Assembly (NCBI GenBank): GCA_019828565.1 | Contig: JAHDYR010000050.1 | Span: forward strand, 58,512-122,511 | DNA length: 64,000 nt | From: Carpediemonas membranifera BICM | Lineage: Eukaryota > Protista > Fornicata | Reading direction: 5' to 3' | Part shown: positions 36,119 through 48,933 of the stretch, in pieces | Layout: the number at the start of each line of letters is the position of its first letter | Numbering within the stretch: position 1 is the first letter of the stretch | Notes under the pieces: generated by a model | Seen by the model: the letters and a program-made list of their open reading frames with translations, nothing else | Told to the model about the DNA's origin: nothing | Databases searched by the model: none | Position numbers and translations under genes: made by a program

Positions 36119-37133
36119 GCTGTTTTTTCTGGTACTTTAACCGGGACTTAAAGTCCCGGAATAAGTCCCGGAATACATGAAAAAAGGACGATTGCAAGAA
36201 AAAATGAACGCGCTCAAACAATTAAACTACAGCGTATTACGCCTTGCACTTGCACAAGGCATCGTTTAGACATCCGTACAACATGCTGAAGACCTTCACT
36301 CGCGAAGTCAGTGGCATCGCACAAACTCTCGTCGAAAAACTGTCTCATGGTTCATCTAGGGTCGGGATAGACTGCCGTGCCTCCCCCACTGGTCCAGTAT
36401 GCCGAGATAAAATTTCCTGGGTGCGTAAAGATGCGACTTTTGGGAATTGCTCCCAAAGAAGTTTGCTTTTGCTCGCCAACAAAGAAGGCCGAAAGCAAGT
36501 GAGAACATCTGTGTCACATAACAACCTTTGTTCTGCATCAAATAGCAGCAAGATTGCATACGGCATCGAGTATTCTCGAGAAAACACTCAAAACTTTGCC
36601 TGGCAAACGAAAAACGATCCTAAAAGCTAATTTACCTCCAATGTCTCCAAAAGTGAGCCGCATGATGTGTATTTCTATGATCTTTGTCTTTCACCTTCAG
36701 TTCTTCTTCAAATCATCCATACGCGGCATATCAAGCATTCCTCGTCGTTTGGTCAATTCTGGCAAATCAACAAAAGGTATCCATCGGCTCAGAAGAGGCT
36801 GTGGTGGTAGCCTCGGTCCCGCTTACACCCCCGTGCGTGCCTTGTGATGAAGAAAACTTGTGATATGGCCGGAATGCACTTTATGACAAACGAATGAAGC
36901 GGGCCGAGTTTATCGCCGAAATCAAGCAAATGCGCGTTAAGCTGAGTCACTTGACTGAAATTGATGACTATTACGCCATTGCCGACGACGTTACTAAGAA
37001 TTACCTGACAGTTGCCTCAAATTTCTTACTGAAAGCTGTTCTTCGCTCGCAATAGACGTAATTGACTGTAGATTGGTGAAGATAGTGTAAACATAAAGAA
37101 CCCTTTATATACATACTCCGATTATCCATCTAT

Positions 37134-39690
37134 CTATCTTCTCGGGCGAAGATTGTGCCCAGTCCTCCTCATCAGCTCCTCCGCTCGCTGCTCACTGTTG
37201 CACAGATTGCAGATGCAGAGAGTCTCATCCAGACCACTGTCCGCCGTCCTTACACAAATCGTCTTGGCTGTCTCGTCAACAGTGATGAGTTCCCGGATCT
37301 CCTCCGGCTCCTCACAGATACCCTTGACCCATCCACTAAACAGCGCATTCAGCGACTGTTGGCTCGCCTCCTATCCCAGTTGGGTACCTTAGTTAATAGA
37401 CGATTTCTCCAGGCGGCACACCGGTCGGCATCAAATAGACACGAGCAGAATGTGACAGACTTACACTGCCTTGCAATCGGCAACACCATACCATGCTTTC
37501 TTGATGAGCCACGGCGGGTGTAGTGAGCAAGGACACGACCGACCATTGTCTTCTGAGCCAGGAAGCCGAGAACCCAAGATCGATGCTTGTCCACTCGCAA
37601 CTGGGCATTGATGAGGAAATCACGTTCGAAGTACTCCTCAAGCAAATAGAACATCGGAAGCCGCAGTTTCGAGTGAACCTTGGGCAGAACTGACACCACT
37701 GCATTCAGATATAGCGAGCCGGTAAACTTGGGAGAGTAAGTCAGTCTGAGACCATCATTGAGCGTCGTAGCAACCGAGGAGCGACTCGATGGAAGGTCAT
37801 AGAACAACGTCAAGACATGGAACATGATGAACGTAGAAAAGGACGCCGCGTGATGGAAAGCGATTGTCTGGTGTGTCACGTGGTCAGAGGAGTAATACAA
37901 CGCCTGTAACTTGGCTGTAAGGAGTATGAAGGGCTGGAGTGACTGGTCAAACTCCTCAAGGTGCTCGTTGACTAGTGTCGCGAGCTTTCGTCTGTTCCAG
38001 CTCTGCTCGTTGCAGCCAGTTGTCCGCGTGAACAGCTTTTCAATCTGCTCAAGTGTGTGCACGTTCTGACCAGCGTGTTGAACCTTGACAAGGCCAAGCA
38101 GCGTCCAGAAGTCCTTCATAAGATAGTGACTCACATGCATGACAGGTGGAATGAACGTGACATCAGCGTACTTTGTGAGCACGTGAAGTGGGCCATCTAT
38201 CTCGTTGGCATAGGTCAGACATCTCGGTGACCATCGCGGGACCCAAACCGTGTCATGTCTTTCACGCCACCAGCGTCACGAAGACGGATGCTATCTGCGA
38301 TTGTCCAGCGATCGCAACGATTGGCAAACGGGTCGCTTGCGACCTTTCCCATGTGTAGGGAGGAGAATGGAGAGCGGTAGTATCGTCCCCGCTTGACGCC
38401 ACTAACAATCTGCAACGCTTTGTGATCGCCGCAGATCCCGAGCAGGCTGATGACAACACGGCTGCGTGGGAGCAACGAACTGTCACCACATGCGAAGGGG
38501 ATACCAATGAGCTTGTTCATTAGCCGCTGTACATCATCAAAGAACGAAGGAATGAGCTTCTCTGTGCCCTGAAATGTAAGAAGCGTCATGGGTGGGGTAA
38601 TCTTCTGTGGTAGGGCTGCTCCCTCGCGATCAATTATGCGATATTTGACCGCCGTACAGTCGGCCCGATATCCATCAAACCATAGGAGCATCTCAAGACC
38701 ATAAGCCTCCTGTCGGCTCTCCGGGTTAATAGTGACGGATTGAACGAACTTGCTTGACTTGATATCGCGCTGAACTCGGTCGGGGAACTTCAGCATGAAC
38801 TTAATCTGGGCGACAGGGTCATAGGACAGAGCGCTGATCACCATCCGGTGAGATTTCTTTGTTCCACGCGGAATGATGCCCATGTTCCGGCATAATCTCT
38901 GAATCTCCGGCAGCTTGGATGGATCATCATGCGAAATGTATAGCCGTGACTCCCCCGATATCTTCTCGAAGTGGTGAGCGAAGAGGCAGTCGTGTTCATC
39001 GAGAGTCTCTTGCAGGTCGGTGTGGGTGGTTGGGTCATATAGGACGTAAAAAGCCTCCGCGACTTCCACGCTACGCGTGAAACCGGCTCCTGCTTGACAT
39101 TGAAGCTCTTGGTTAGACACCCCATCACGCCCAGAGACATCGGGCTGCTCAGGAGTGAACGCGTTGACGTCCTCGATCAGTGTTGGGTCTGATATAACAG
39201 ATCGTATGGCTGGGATGGACAGCAGGTCATACCCAAGATTCTGGAGACTGTCTACCACCGGTGGAGTGTGAATTCCAAGGCGAACTCCCATGTCGGAGGC
39301 CATTGAAACAAATGCATGGCGGAGTCGGTCGTAGCGATTCTTCCCTAACTCGACGGCACAGATAATTGCCATGGCCGTGTATAGGCTCTTCGTCTTCGCC
39401 TCGTTGTCGACTCGCGTAACAGTCACATGAGCAGTGCTGTGATTCCTCATCAATGCGCTCCAATCAGCATTAACGACTGCACTACGTAACGTAGCATCAC
39501 TATGTGTCACCCTCAGTGGACATGACGTCAGGAAATCTCGGAGAATGCGCAAGCACTGCTCCTTGCTGTCTAAACGAAACGATTTGTCGCGGTTTCGGAG
39601 CAGAAACTCGTCTAAGACAGCGGTGATGATATATCCAAGAGAACTGTCCGCCCCATAGGTGATGACGACTTCCCAGTTCTCGAAACGCAT
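37134..39690 (-). pseudogene. RAG1/Transib/Chapaev-like DDE transposase, copy 2 (frameshifted)
   Basis: ORFs 38215-39690 and 37349-38182: LWFDGY, ICGDHK, YRSPF, PPVMH, RTTGCNE, LLEEYFERDF; collinear with copy 1. Acidic tail to a stop at 37134. Confidence 0.62.
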
Positions 39691-39835
39691 TGCTTCAATA
39701 GCAATAGGATAAATTTACAAAGTAAATACACAAATGTGCTGATGTAGGGCATGGTGGCGGATCTGGCGCTGGTGGCGGACGTGGAGACACTGGGGGTGCT
39801 CCACAACCACGTCCACTGCAAGGGTGACTCATGTA

Positions 39836-40094
39836 GAGTCGCCCGAAAAGCAGAAGCATGCGGACAACACAATAGAGGATGATTCAGAGATCGAGACAAG
39901 TGGTAAGAGGGTGAGGACTGAGTAAATGGATTGCAAATGAGTCTTTTTAATGTCTCACCACCTGTTTGGGCCTCAGCGCTGTCGTTCAGGCCAATCCACG
40001 TTTGTGGATCCGTGCAGTTTATGGCTTATCGACCGGACATCTCCTGAACTGAGCGCCAGGGGGCGGAGGTGGCGTTGGCGTGGGGCGTGGAGGC
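39836..40094. repeat. Inverted copy of 61382-61640 (and 63195-63453)
   Basis: Reverse-complement match read directly from the sequence. Confidence 0.9.
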
Positions 40095-40095
40095 A

Positions 40096-40879
40096 TCAGT
40101 GGCTTCTTCCAGCCAAGTGAACAAGTCTAGCATCGTATATCGCCAAGAGACGTTAAATGGTTACTAAAAGTTTATGTATATCGCCTGCGGCTTGTCAGAA
40201 CTCATACCGTGACTACCACCAGCCGTCATCACACCCCTAGCCCTACCCACACGTCCATTCTCTCCGATGCTGATTAAATCGTCCGGCCAGCGAGCCGGGG
40301 CCTTTCGCAAATTTAATATGGCCAAGAGACGTTATCTGCGGCTGAAAAGAGCCCCATATAACCCCCTATGAAGTTATACGGAGAAATCATCGCCGATTTT
40401 CACGTTTCGGCGAGCTCCGGCCAAGGGGTCCAGGAGTCAGCTTTTGGGGGAAGGTCTGTGGTGCTATAACGTACCTCGGGACGCACTGTGGAGGCCCCTA
40501 GAGTGCTCGGTCATGGCATGTCAGACCAAGGGTCCCTCAAATCTGGCCCCATTCAGGATGCACCCCCTAAATGTTCCGTTGCAAGCGTCTGACGGGCGTT
40601 CTCTGGATACCGACCAAGATGGAGGTCACGTGGATCAACGGACGATAATTACGGTATTCTGGCCATGCCTGGTACTCTCAAATCATCTATACTGCTCAGT
40701 GCTCCATTTATAGTTCATATCGTTTCGTCCTGATGGACTTATGGTACTTGATGTTGTTTAGGGATAATTGTTGCTTTAATGATGCTCTGCGCCCGCATAC
40801 TGATGTTTCTTAGTGTTGTGCACATGCCTACTACGTTAAAGCCGCCAGTATTCTTTCTATTCTTAAGATCCTCATTTCA
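40096..40879. repeat. 784-bp direct copy of 57041-57824 (OTU gene start and upstream region)
   Basis: Near-identical sequence; substitutions concentrated in the right half. Confidence 0.93.
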
Positions 40880-41537
40880 TTTTTTTGACGACGCGTCGAG
40901 ACAATTCATGCGTGCGCAGGGTACTAACAGGCTCAAACAACAGCTCTGTCTGAGTAGACGCCTCCTCTAGGTCTCGCACAGTCTGAGTCTCTGCATGCTC
41001 ACCCTGCGGCGAAAACTGCTGGCATTTTCCCACCATCCTCGGCTTATCAGGATCAGGACCCAGCGCAGTCATGTAAACAGGTACCTCAACCCGCTTCTCG
41101 ACTATCCTGACAGGCTGGGAGTCCCTGCGGGAAGGGGCTTGCGGGTGAACTCGCGTCCTGGTCGGCCCCCCGTTCGCCTCGTTGTGCAGAGCCTCCATGA
41201 AGGCATTGAAGCCGTCATCACGGCCCACCTTCTGCGTCACAAACGACATGACGCATGTGACCGACATCTCAAAGGATGCAAAATCGTCAGCACTGGAAAC
41301 ATCGCGATTGTGGCAGATTGAGTTTCGAGCTGCCAACAGCTCGCGTATATGTCTCTTATCAGCGTGGTGAAGATCAGGAACACGATGTAGGATCGCTTGC
41401 AAAAGCATAGCCGGATCCATCTCGCCACCGTCACCACGGTACCTCGCGATGTACTCCTGCAGCTTCGGAATCATCCTCAGTAGCGCTTCAAACATCATGC
41501 TGGCGTATCCTGCTGAATCCTTCACCCCAGAGCTCAT
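40872..41537 (-). pseudogene. HEPN protein copy 1, C-terminally truncated
   Basis: ELLAARNSICH retained; zinc finger lost at the array edge. Confidence 0.75.
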
Positions 41538-41841
41538 ATCGGTTTCTTCAGAACGAAATTCTAAAGAAATGTTCGGTGGTAAGTGAGATCACTGCGCATC
41601 TAGAGACAGCAGAAACGTAACCTACAGCCCATATTGATGTGGGCTGGTCTTATCCGGATGTCCAAGGACCTTGATTCGCTCTGGGGTAGTCCCCCCATGA
41701 CCGTCAGGCACGCGAACCGCATCCTGCACGAAGCGGGGATGCAGAGTCTGAAAAAGACCCATCTCTCTGTCCGATCTGGATACCCCCTGACGATAGATGG
41801 AATGAATGAAGCTGTAAACATATCCATTGACTCTGAATCTT

Positions 41842-42770
41842 TTATTTCTCCATCTGCGAGTTAAGCCAGGCCACTGCCTTTCCCGTCAGATATACCTTAC
41901 GCGTGTCGTGCACCTTCTTTGTTGCTCTTGCGGCTGAAGCATCAACAGTGGCCTGCTTCAACAAATCTCGGCAGCTAGACTTCGGCGTCTTGGTGCCACG
42001 CCGCGTGCAGGCCCACTCTCTATCGTCCACGGACTCACCACACACAACGCATGACCCTGCGAATACGGTCGGTGGCTTCTCCTTCAGCTTCTGTCGAAGC
42101 AGATCGCACATCGCGGTCTTGACGACGCGTCGAGACAATTCATGCGTGCGCAGGCTACTAACAGGCTCAAACAACAGCTCTGTCTGAGTAGACGCCTCCT
42201 CTAGGTCTCGCACAGTCTGAGTCTCTGCATGCTCACCCTGCGGCGAAAACTGCTGGCATTTTCCCACCATCCTCGGCTTATCAGGATCAGGACCCAGCGC
42301 AGTCATGTAAACAGGTACCTCAACCCGCTTCTCGACTATCCTGACAGGCTGGGAGTCCCTGCGGGAAGGGGCTTGCGGGTGAACTCGCGTCCTGGTCGGC
42401 CCCCGTTCGCCTCGTTGTGCAGAGCCTCCATGAAGGCATTGAAGCCGTCATCACGGCCCACCTTCTGCGTCACAAACGACATGACGCATGTGACCGACAT
42501 CTCAAAGGATGCAAAATCGTCAGCACTGGAAACATCGCGATTGTGGCAGATTGAGTTTCGAGCTGCCAACAGCTCGCGTATATGTCTCTTATCAGCGTGG
42601 TGAAGATCAGGAACACGATGTAGGATCGCTTGCAAAAGCATAGCCGGATCCATCTCGCCACCGTCACCACGGTACCTCGCGATGTACTCCTGCAGCTTCG
42701 GAATCATCCTCAGTAGCGCTTCAAACATCATGCTGGCGTATCCTGCTGAATCCTTCGCCCCAGAGCTCAT
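41842..42770 (-). pseudogene. HEPN protein copy 2, 1-bp deletion in a C-run
   Basis: Split into 42336-42770 and 41842-42306; may be a sequencing error. Confidence 0.7.
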
Positions 42771-43071
42771 ATCGGTTTCTTCAGAACGAAATTCTAAAGA
42801 AATGTTCGGTGGTAAGTGAGATCACTGCGCATCTAGAGACAGCAGAAACGTAACCTACAGCCCATATTGATGTGGGCTGGTCTTATCCGGATGTCCAAGG
42901 ACCTTGATTCGCTCTGGGGTAGTCCCCCATGACCGTCAGGCACGCGAACCGCATCCTGCACGAAGCGGGGATGCAGAGTCTGAAAAGACCCATCTCTCTG
43001 TCCGATCTGGATACCCCTGACGATAGATGGAATGAATGAAGCTGTAAACATATCCATTGACTCTGAATCTT

Positions 43072-44001
43072 TTATTTCTCCATCTGCGAGTTAAGCCAGG
43101 CCACTGCCTTTCCCGTCAGATATACCTTACGCGTGTCGTGCACCTTCTTTGTTGCTCTTGCGGCTGAAGCATCAACAGTGGCCTGCTTCAACAAATCTCG
43201 GCAGCTAGACTTCGGCGTCTTGGTGCCACGCCGCGTGCAGGCCCACTCTCTATCGTCCACGGACTCACCACACACAACGCATGACCCTGCGAATACGGTC
43301 GGTGGCTTCTCCTTCAGCTTCTGTCGAAGCAGATCGCACATCGCGGTCTTGACGACGCGTCGAGACAATTCATGCGTGCGCAGGCTACTAACAGGCTCAA
43401 ACAACAGCTCTGTCTGAGTAGACGCCTCCTCTAGGTCTCGCACAGTCTGAGTCTCTGCATGCTCACCCTGCGGCGAAAACTGCTGGCATTTTCCCACCAT
43501 CCTCGGCTTATCAGGATCAGGACCCAGCGCAGTCATGTAAACAGGTACCTCAACCCGCTTCTCGACTATCCTGACAGGCTGGGAGTCCCTGCGGGAAGGG
43601 GCTTGCGGGTGAACTCGCGTCCTGGTCGGCCCCCCGTTCGCCTCGTTGTGCAGAGCCTCCATGAAGGCATTGAAGCCGTCATCACGGCCCACCTTCTGCG
43701 TCACAAACGACATGACGCATGTGACCGACATCTCAAAGGATGCAAAATCGTCAGCACTGGAAACATCGCGATTGTGGCAGATTGAGTTTCGAGCTGCCAA
43801 CAGCTCGCGTATATGTCTCTTATCAGCGTGGTGAAGATCAGGAACACGATGTAGGATCGCTTGCAAAAGCATAGCCGGATCCATCTCGCCACCGTCACCA
43901 CGGTACCTCGCGATGTACTCCTGCAGCTTCGGAATCATCCTCAGTAGCGCTTCAAACATCATGCTGGCGTATCCTGCTGAATCCTTCGCCCCAGAGCTCA
44001 T
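43072..44001 (-). CDS. Swt1-like HEPN domain protein with C-terminal Cys cluster, copy 3
   Basis: MDPAMLLQAI..HIRELLAARNSICH (Rx4H); CVVC..C..C. Confidence 0.78.
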   Translation of the reverse strand: MSSGAKDSAGYASMMFEALLRMIPKLQEYIARYRGDGGEMDPAMLLQAILHRVPDLHHADKRHIRELLAARNSICHNRDVSSADDFASFEMSVTCVMSFVTQKVGRDDGFNAFMEALHNEANGGPTRTRVHPQAPSRRDSQPVRIVEKRVEVPVYMTALGPDPDKPRMVGKCQQFSPQGEHAETQTVRDLEEASTQTELLFEPVSSLRTHELSRRVVKTAMCDLLRQKLKEKPPTVFAGSCVVCGESVDDREWACTRRGTKTPKSSCRDLLKQATVDASAARATKKVHDTRKVYLTGKAVAWLNSQMEK

Positions 44002-44304
44002 ATCGGTTTCTTCAGAACGAAATTCTAAAGAAATGTTCGGTGGTAAGTGAGATCACTGCGCATCTAGAGACAGCAGAAACGTAACCTACAGCCCATATTG
44101 ATGTGGGCTGGTCTTATCCGGATGTCCAAGGACCTTGATTCGCTCTGGGGTAGTCCCCCCATGACCGTCAGGCACGCGAACCGCATCCTGCACGAAGCGG
44201 GGATGCAGAGTCTGAAAAAGACCCATCTCTCTGTCCGATCTGGATACCCCTGACGATAGATGGAATGAATGAAGCTGTAAACATATCCATTGACTCTGAA
44301 TCTT

Positions 44305-45234
44305 TTATTTCTCCATCTGCGAGTTAAGCCAGGCCACTGCCTTTCCCGTCAGATATACCTTACGCGTGTCGTGCACCTTCTTTGTTGCTCTTGCGGCTGA
44401 AGCATCAACAGTGGCCTGCTTCAACAAATCTCGGCAGCTAGACTTCGGCGTCTTGGTGCCACGCCGCGTGCAGGCCCACTCTCTATCGTCCACGGACTCA
44501 CCACACACAACGCATGACCCTGCGAATACGGTCGGTGGCTTCTCCTTCAGCTTCTGTCGAAGCAGATCGCACATCGCGGTCTTGACGACGCGTCGAGACA
44601 ATTCATGCGTGCGCAGGGTACTAACAGGCTCAAACAACAGCTCTGTCTGAGTAGACGCCTCCTCTAGGTCTCGCACAGTCTGAGTCTCTGCATGCTCACC
44701 CTGTGGCGAAAACTGCTGGCATTTTCCCACCATCCTCGGCTTATCAGGATCAGGACCCAGCGCAGTCATGTAAACAGGTACCTCAACCCGCTTCTCGACT
44801 ATCCTGACAGGCTGGGAGTCCCTGCGGGAAGGGGCTTGCGGGTGAACTCGCGTCCTGGTCGGCCCCCCGTTCGCCTCGTTGTGCAGAGCCTCCATGAAGG
44901 CATTGAAGCCGTCATCACGGCCCACCTTCTGCGTCACAAACGACATGACGCATGTGACCGACATCTCAAAGGATGCAAAATCGTCAGCACTGGAAACATC
45001 GCGATTGTGGCAGATTGAGTTTTGAGCTGCCAACAGCTCGCGTATATGTCTCTTATCAGCGTGGTGAAGATCAGGAACACGATGTAGGATCGCTTGCAAA
45101 AGCATAGCCGGATCCATCTCGCCACCGTCACCACGGTACCTCGCGATGTACTCCTGCAGCTTCGGAATCATCCTCAGTAGCGCTTCAAACATCATGCTGG
45201 CGTATCCTGCTGAATCCTTCGCCCCAGAGCTCAT
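44305..45234 (-). CDS. HEPN protein copy 4 (motif R to Q)
   Basis: AQNSICH. Confidence 0.75.
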   Translation of the reverse strand: MSSGAKDSAGYASMMFEALLRMIPKLQEYIARYRGDGGEMDPAMLLQAILHRVPDLHHADKRHIRELLAAQNSICHNRDVSSADDFASFEMSVTCVMSFVTQKVGRDDGFNAFMEALHNEANGGPTRTRVHPQAPSRRDSQPVRIVEKRVEVPVYMTALGPDPDKPRMVGKCQQFSPQGEHAETQTVRDLEEASTQTELLFEPVSTLRTHELSRRVVKTAMCDLLRQKLKEKPPTVFAGSCVVCGESVDDREWACTRRGTKTPKSSCRDLLKQATVDASAARATKKVHDTRKVYLTGKAVAWLNSQMEK

Positions 45235-45538
45235 ATCGGTTTCTTCAGAACGAAATTCTAAAAGAAATGTTCGGTGGTAAGTGAGATCACTGCGCATCTA
45301 GAGACAGCAGAAACGTAACCTACAGCCCATATTGATGTGGGCTGGTCTTATCCGGATGTCCAAGGACCTTGATTCGCTCTGGGGTAGTCCCCCCATGACC
45401 GTCAGGCACGCGAACCGCATCCTGCACGAAGCGGGGATGCAGAGTCTGAAAAAGACCCATCTCTCTGTCCGATCTGGATACCCCTGACGATAGATGGAAT
45501 GAATGAAGCTGTAAACATATCCATTGACTCTGAATCTT

Positions 45539-46468
45539 TTATTTCTCCATCTGCGAGTTAAGCCAGGCCACTGCCTTTCCCGTCAGATATACCTTACGCG
45601 TGTCGTGCACCTTCTTTGTTGCTCTTGCGGCTGAAGCATCAACAGTGGCCTGCTTCAACAAATCTCGGCAGCTAGACTTCGGCGTCTTGGTGCCACGCCG
45701 CGTGCAGGCCCACTCTCTATCGTCCACGGACTCACCACACACAACGCATGACCCTGCGAATACGGTCGGTGGCTTCTCCTTCAGCTTCTGTCGAAGCAGA
45801 TCGCACATCGCGGTCTTGACGACGCGTCGAGACAATTCATGCGTGCGCAGGGTACTAACAGGCTCAAACAACAGCTCTGTCTGAGTAGACGCCTCCTCTA
45901 GGTCTCGCACAGTCTGAGTCTCTGCATGCTCACCCTGTGGCGAAAACTGCTGGCATTTTCCCACCATCCTCGGCTTATCAGGATCAGGACCCAGCGCAGT
46001 CATGTAAACAGGTACCTCAACCCGCTTCTCGACTATCCTGACAGGCTGGGAGTCCCTGCGGGAAGGGGCTTGCGGGTGAACTCGCGTCCTGGTCGGCCCC
46101 CCGTTCGCCTCGTTGTGCAGAGCCTCCATGAAGGCATTGAAGCCGTCATCACGGCCCACCTTCTGCGTCACAAACGACATGACGCATGTGACCGACATCT
46201 CAAAGGATGCAAAATCGTCAGCACTGGAAACATCGCGATTGTGGCAGATTGAGTTTTGAGCTGCCAACAGCTCGCGTATATGTCTCTTATCAGCGTGGTG
46301 AAGATCAGGAACACGATGTAGGATCGCTTGCAAAAGCATAGCCGGATCCATCTCGCCACCGTCACCACGGTACCTCGCGATGTACTCCTGCAGCTTCGGA
46401 ATCATCCTCAGTAGCGCTTCAAACATCATGCTGGCGTATCCTGCTGAATCCTTCGCCCCAGAGCTCAT
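45539..46468 (-). CDS. HEPN protein copy 5 (motif R to Q)
   Basis: AQNSICH. Confidence 0.75.
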   Translation of the reverse strand: MSSGAKDSAGYASMMFEALLRMIPKLQEYIARYRGDGGEMDPAMLLQAILHRVPDLHHADKRHIRELLAAQNSICHNRDVSSADDFASFEMSVTCVMSFVTQKVGRDDGFNAFMEALHNEANGGPTRTRVHPQAPSRRDSQPVRIVEKRVEVPVYMTALGPDPDKPRMVGKCQQFSPQGEHAETQTVRDLEEASTQTELLFEPVSTLRTHELSRRVVKTAMCDLLRQKLKEKPPTVFAGSCVVCGESVDDREWACTRRGTKTPKSSCRDLLKQATVDASAARATKKVHDTRKVYLTGKAVAWLNSQMEK

Positions 46469-46770
46469 ATCGGTTTCTTCAGAACGAAATTCTAAAGAAA
46501 TGTTCGGTGGTAAGTGAGATCACTGCGCATCTAGAGACAGCAGAAACGTAACCTACAGCCCATATTGATGTGGGCTGGTCTTATCCGGATGTCCAAGGAC
46601 CTTGATTCGCTCTGGGGTAGTCCCCCCATGACCGTCAGGCACGCGAACCGCATCCTGCACGAAGCGGGGATGCAGAGTCTGAAAAGACCCATCTCTCTGT
46701 CCGATCTGGATACCCCTGACGATAGATGGAATGAATGAAGCTGTAAACATATCCATTGACTCTGAATCTT

Positions 46771-47701
46771 TTATTTCTCCATCTGCGAGTTAAGCCAGGC
46801 CACTGCCTTTCCCGTCAGATATACCTTACGCGTGTCGTGCACCTTCTTTGTTGCTCTTGCGGCTGAAGCATCAACAGTGGCCTGCTTCAACAAATCTCGG
46901 CAGCTAGACTTCGGCGTCTTGGTGCCACGCCGCGTGCAGGCCCACTCTCTATCGTCCACGGACTCACCACACACAACGCATGACCCTGCGAATACGGTCG
47001 GTGGCTTTCTCCTTCAGCTTCTGTCGAAGCAGATCGCACATCGCGGTCTTGACGACGCGTCGAGACAATTCATGCGTGCGCAGGGTACTAACAGGCTCAA
47101 ACAACAGCTCTGTCTGAGTAGACGCCTCCTCTAGGTCTCGCACAGTCTGAGTCTCTGCATGCTCACCCTGTGGCGAAAACTGCTGGCATTTTCCCACCAT
47201 CCTCGGCTTATCAGGATCAGGACCCAGCGCAGTCATGTAAACAGGCACCTCAACCCGCTTCTCGACTATCTTGACAGGCTGGGAGCCCCTGCGGGAAGGG
47301 GCTTGCGGGTGAACTCGCGTCCTGGTCGGCCCCCCGTTCGCCTCGTTGTGCAGAGCCTCCATGAAGGCATTGAAGCCGTCATCACGGCCCACCTTCTGCG
47401 TCACAAACGACATGACGCATGTGACCGACATCTCAAAGGATGCAAAATCGTCAGCACTGGAAACATCGCGATTGTGGCAGATTGAGTTTCGAGCTGCCAA
47501 CAGCTCGCGTATATGTCTCTTATCAGCGTGGTGAAGATCAGGAACACGATGTAGGATCGCTTGCAAAAGCATAGCCGGATCCATCTCGCCACCGTCACCA
47601 CGGTACCTCGCGATGTACTCCTGCAGCTTCGGAATCATCCTCAGTAGCGCTTCAAACATCATGCTGGCGTATCCTGCTGAATCCTTCGCCCCAGAGCTCA
47701 T
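46771..47701 (-). pseudogene. HEPN protein copy 6, 1-bp insertion before the zinc finger
   Basis: Extra T near 47006; Rx4H intact. Confidence 0.7.
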
Positions 47702-48003
47702 ATCGGTTTCTTCAGAACGAAATTCTAAAGAAATGTTCGGTGGTAAGTGAGATCACTGCGCATCTAGAGACAGCAGAAACGTAACCTACAGCCCATATTG
47801 ATGTGGGCTGGTCTTATCCGGATGTCCAAGGACCTTGATTCGCTCTGGGGTAGTCCCCCCATGACCGTCAGGCACGCGAACCGCATCCTGCACGAAGCGG
47901 GGATGCAGAGTCTGAAAAGACCCATCTCTCTGTCCGATCTGGATACCCCTGACGATAGATGGAATGAATGAAGCTGTAAACATATCCATTGACTCTGAAT
48001 CTT

Positions 48004-48933
48004 TTATTTCTCCATCTGCGAGTTAAGCCAGGCCACTGCCTTTCCCGTCAGATATACCTTACGCGTGTCGTGCACCTTCTTTGTTGCTCTTGCGGCTGAA
48101 GCATCAACAGTGGCCTGCTTCAACAAATCTCGGCAGCTAGACTTCGGCGTCTTGGTGCCACGCCGCGTGCAGGCCCACTCTCTATCGTCCACGGACTCAC
48201 CACACACAACGCATGACCCTGCGAATACGGTCGGTGGCTTCTCCTTCAGCTTCTGTCGAAGCAGATCGCACATCGCGGTCTTGACGACGCGTCGAGACAA
48301 TTCATGCGTGCGCAGGGTACTAACAGGCTCAAACAACAGCTCTGTCTGAGTAGACGCCTCCTCTAGGTCTCGCACAGTCTGAGTCTCTGCATGCTCACCC
48401 TGCGGCGAAAACTGCTGGCATTTTCCCACCATCCTCGGCTTATCAGGATCAGGACCCAGCGCAGTCATGTAAACAGGTACCTCAACCCGCTTCTCGACTA
48501 TCCTGACAGGCTGGGAGTCCCTGCGGGAAGGGGCTTGCGGGTGAACTCGCGTCCTGGTCGGCCCCCCGTTCGCCTCGTTGTGCAGAGCCTCCATGAAGGC
48601 ATTGAAGCCGTCATCACGGCCCACCTTCTGCGTCACAAACGACATGACGCATGTGACCGACATCTCAAAGGATGCAAAATCGTCAGCACTGGAAACATCG
48701 CGATTGTGGCAGATTGAGTTTCGAGCTGCCAACAGCTCGCGTATATGTCTCTTATCAGCGTGGTGAAGATCAGGAACACGATGTAGGATCGCTTGCAAAA
48801 GCATAGCCGGATCCATCTCGCCACCGTCACCACGGTACCTCGCGATGTACTCCTGCAGCTTCGGAATCATCCTCAGTAGCGCTTCAAACATCATGCTGGC
48901 GTATCCTGCTGAATCCTTCGCCCCAGAGCTCAT
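48004..48933 (-). CDS. HEPN protein copy 7
   Basis: Intact 309-aa ORF with RNSICH. Confidence 0.78.
   Translation of the reverse strand: MSSGAKDSAGYASMMFEALLRMIPKLQEYIARYRGDGGEMDPAMLLQAILHRVPDLHHADKRHIRELLAARNSICHNRDVSSADDFASFEMSVTCVMSFVTQKVGRDDGFNAFMEALHNEANGGPTRTRVHPQAPSRRDSQPVRIVEKRVEVPVYMTALGPDPDKPRMVGKCQQFSPQGEHAETQTVRDLEEASTQTELLFEPVSTLRTHELSRRVVKTAMCDLLRQKLKEKPPTVFAGSCVVCGESVDDREWACTRRGTKTPKSSCRDLLKQATVDASAARATKKVHDTRKVYLTGKAVAWLNSQMEK

Noticed and set aside
12871-36221. Many antisense and alternate-frame ORFs over the retroelements
   Set aside because: Shadow ORFs of GC-rich coding sequence with no motifs.
36119-37130. 5' LTR of element D or a TIR for transposase copy 2
   Set aside because: No match to 21351-21398 and no CACAGTG-type end. 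Only short palindromes (36141-36159, 36241-36260) and unassignable ORF fragments; probably removed by deletion.
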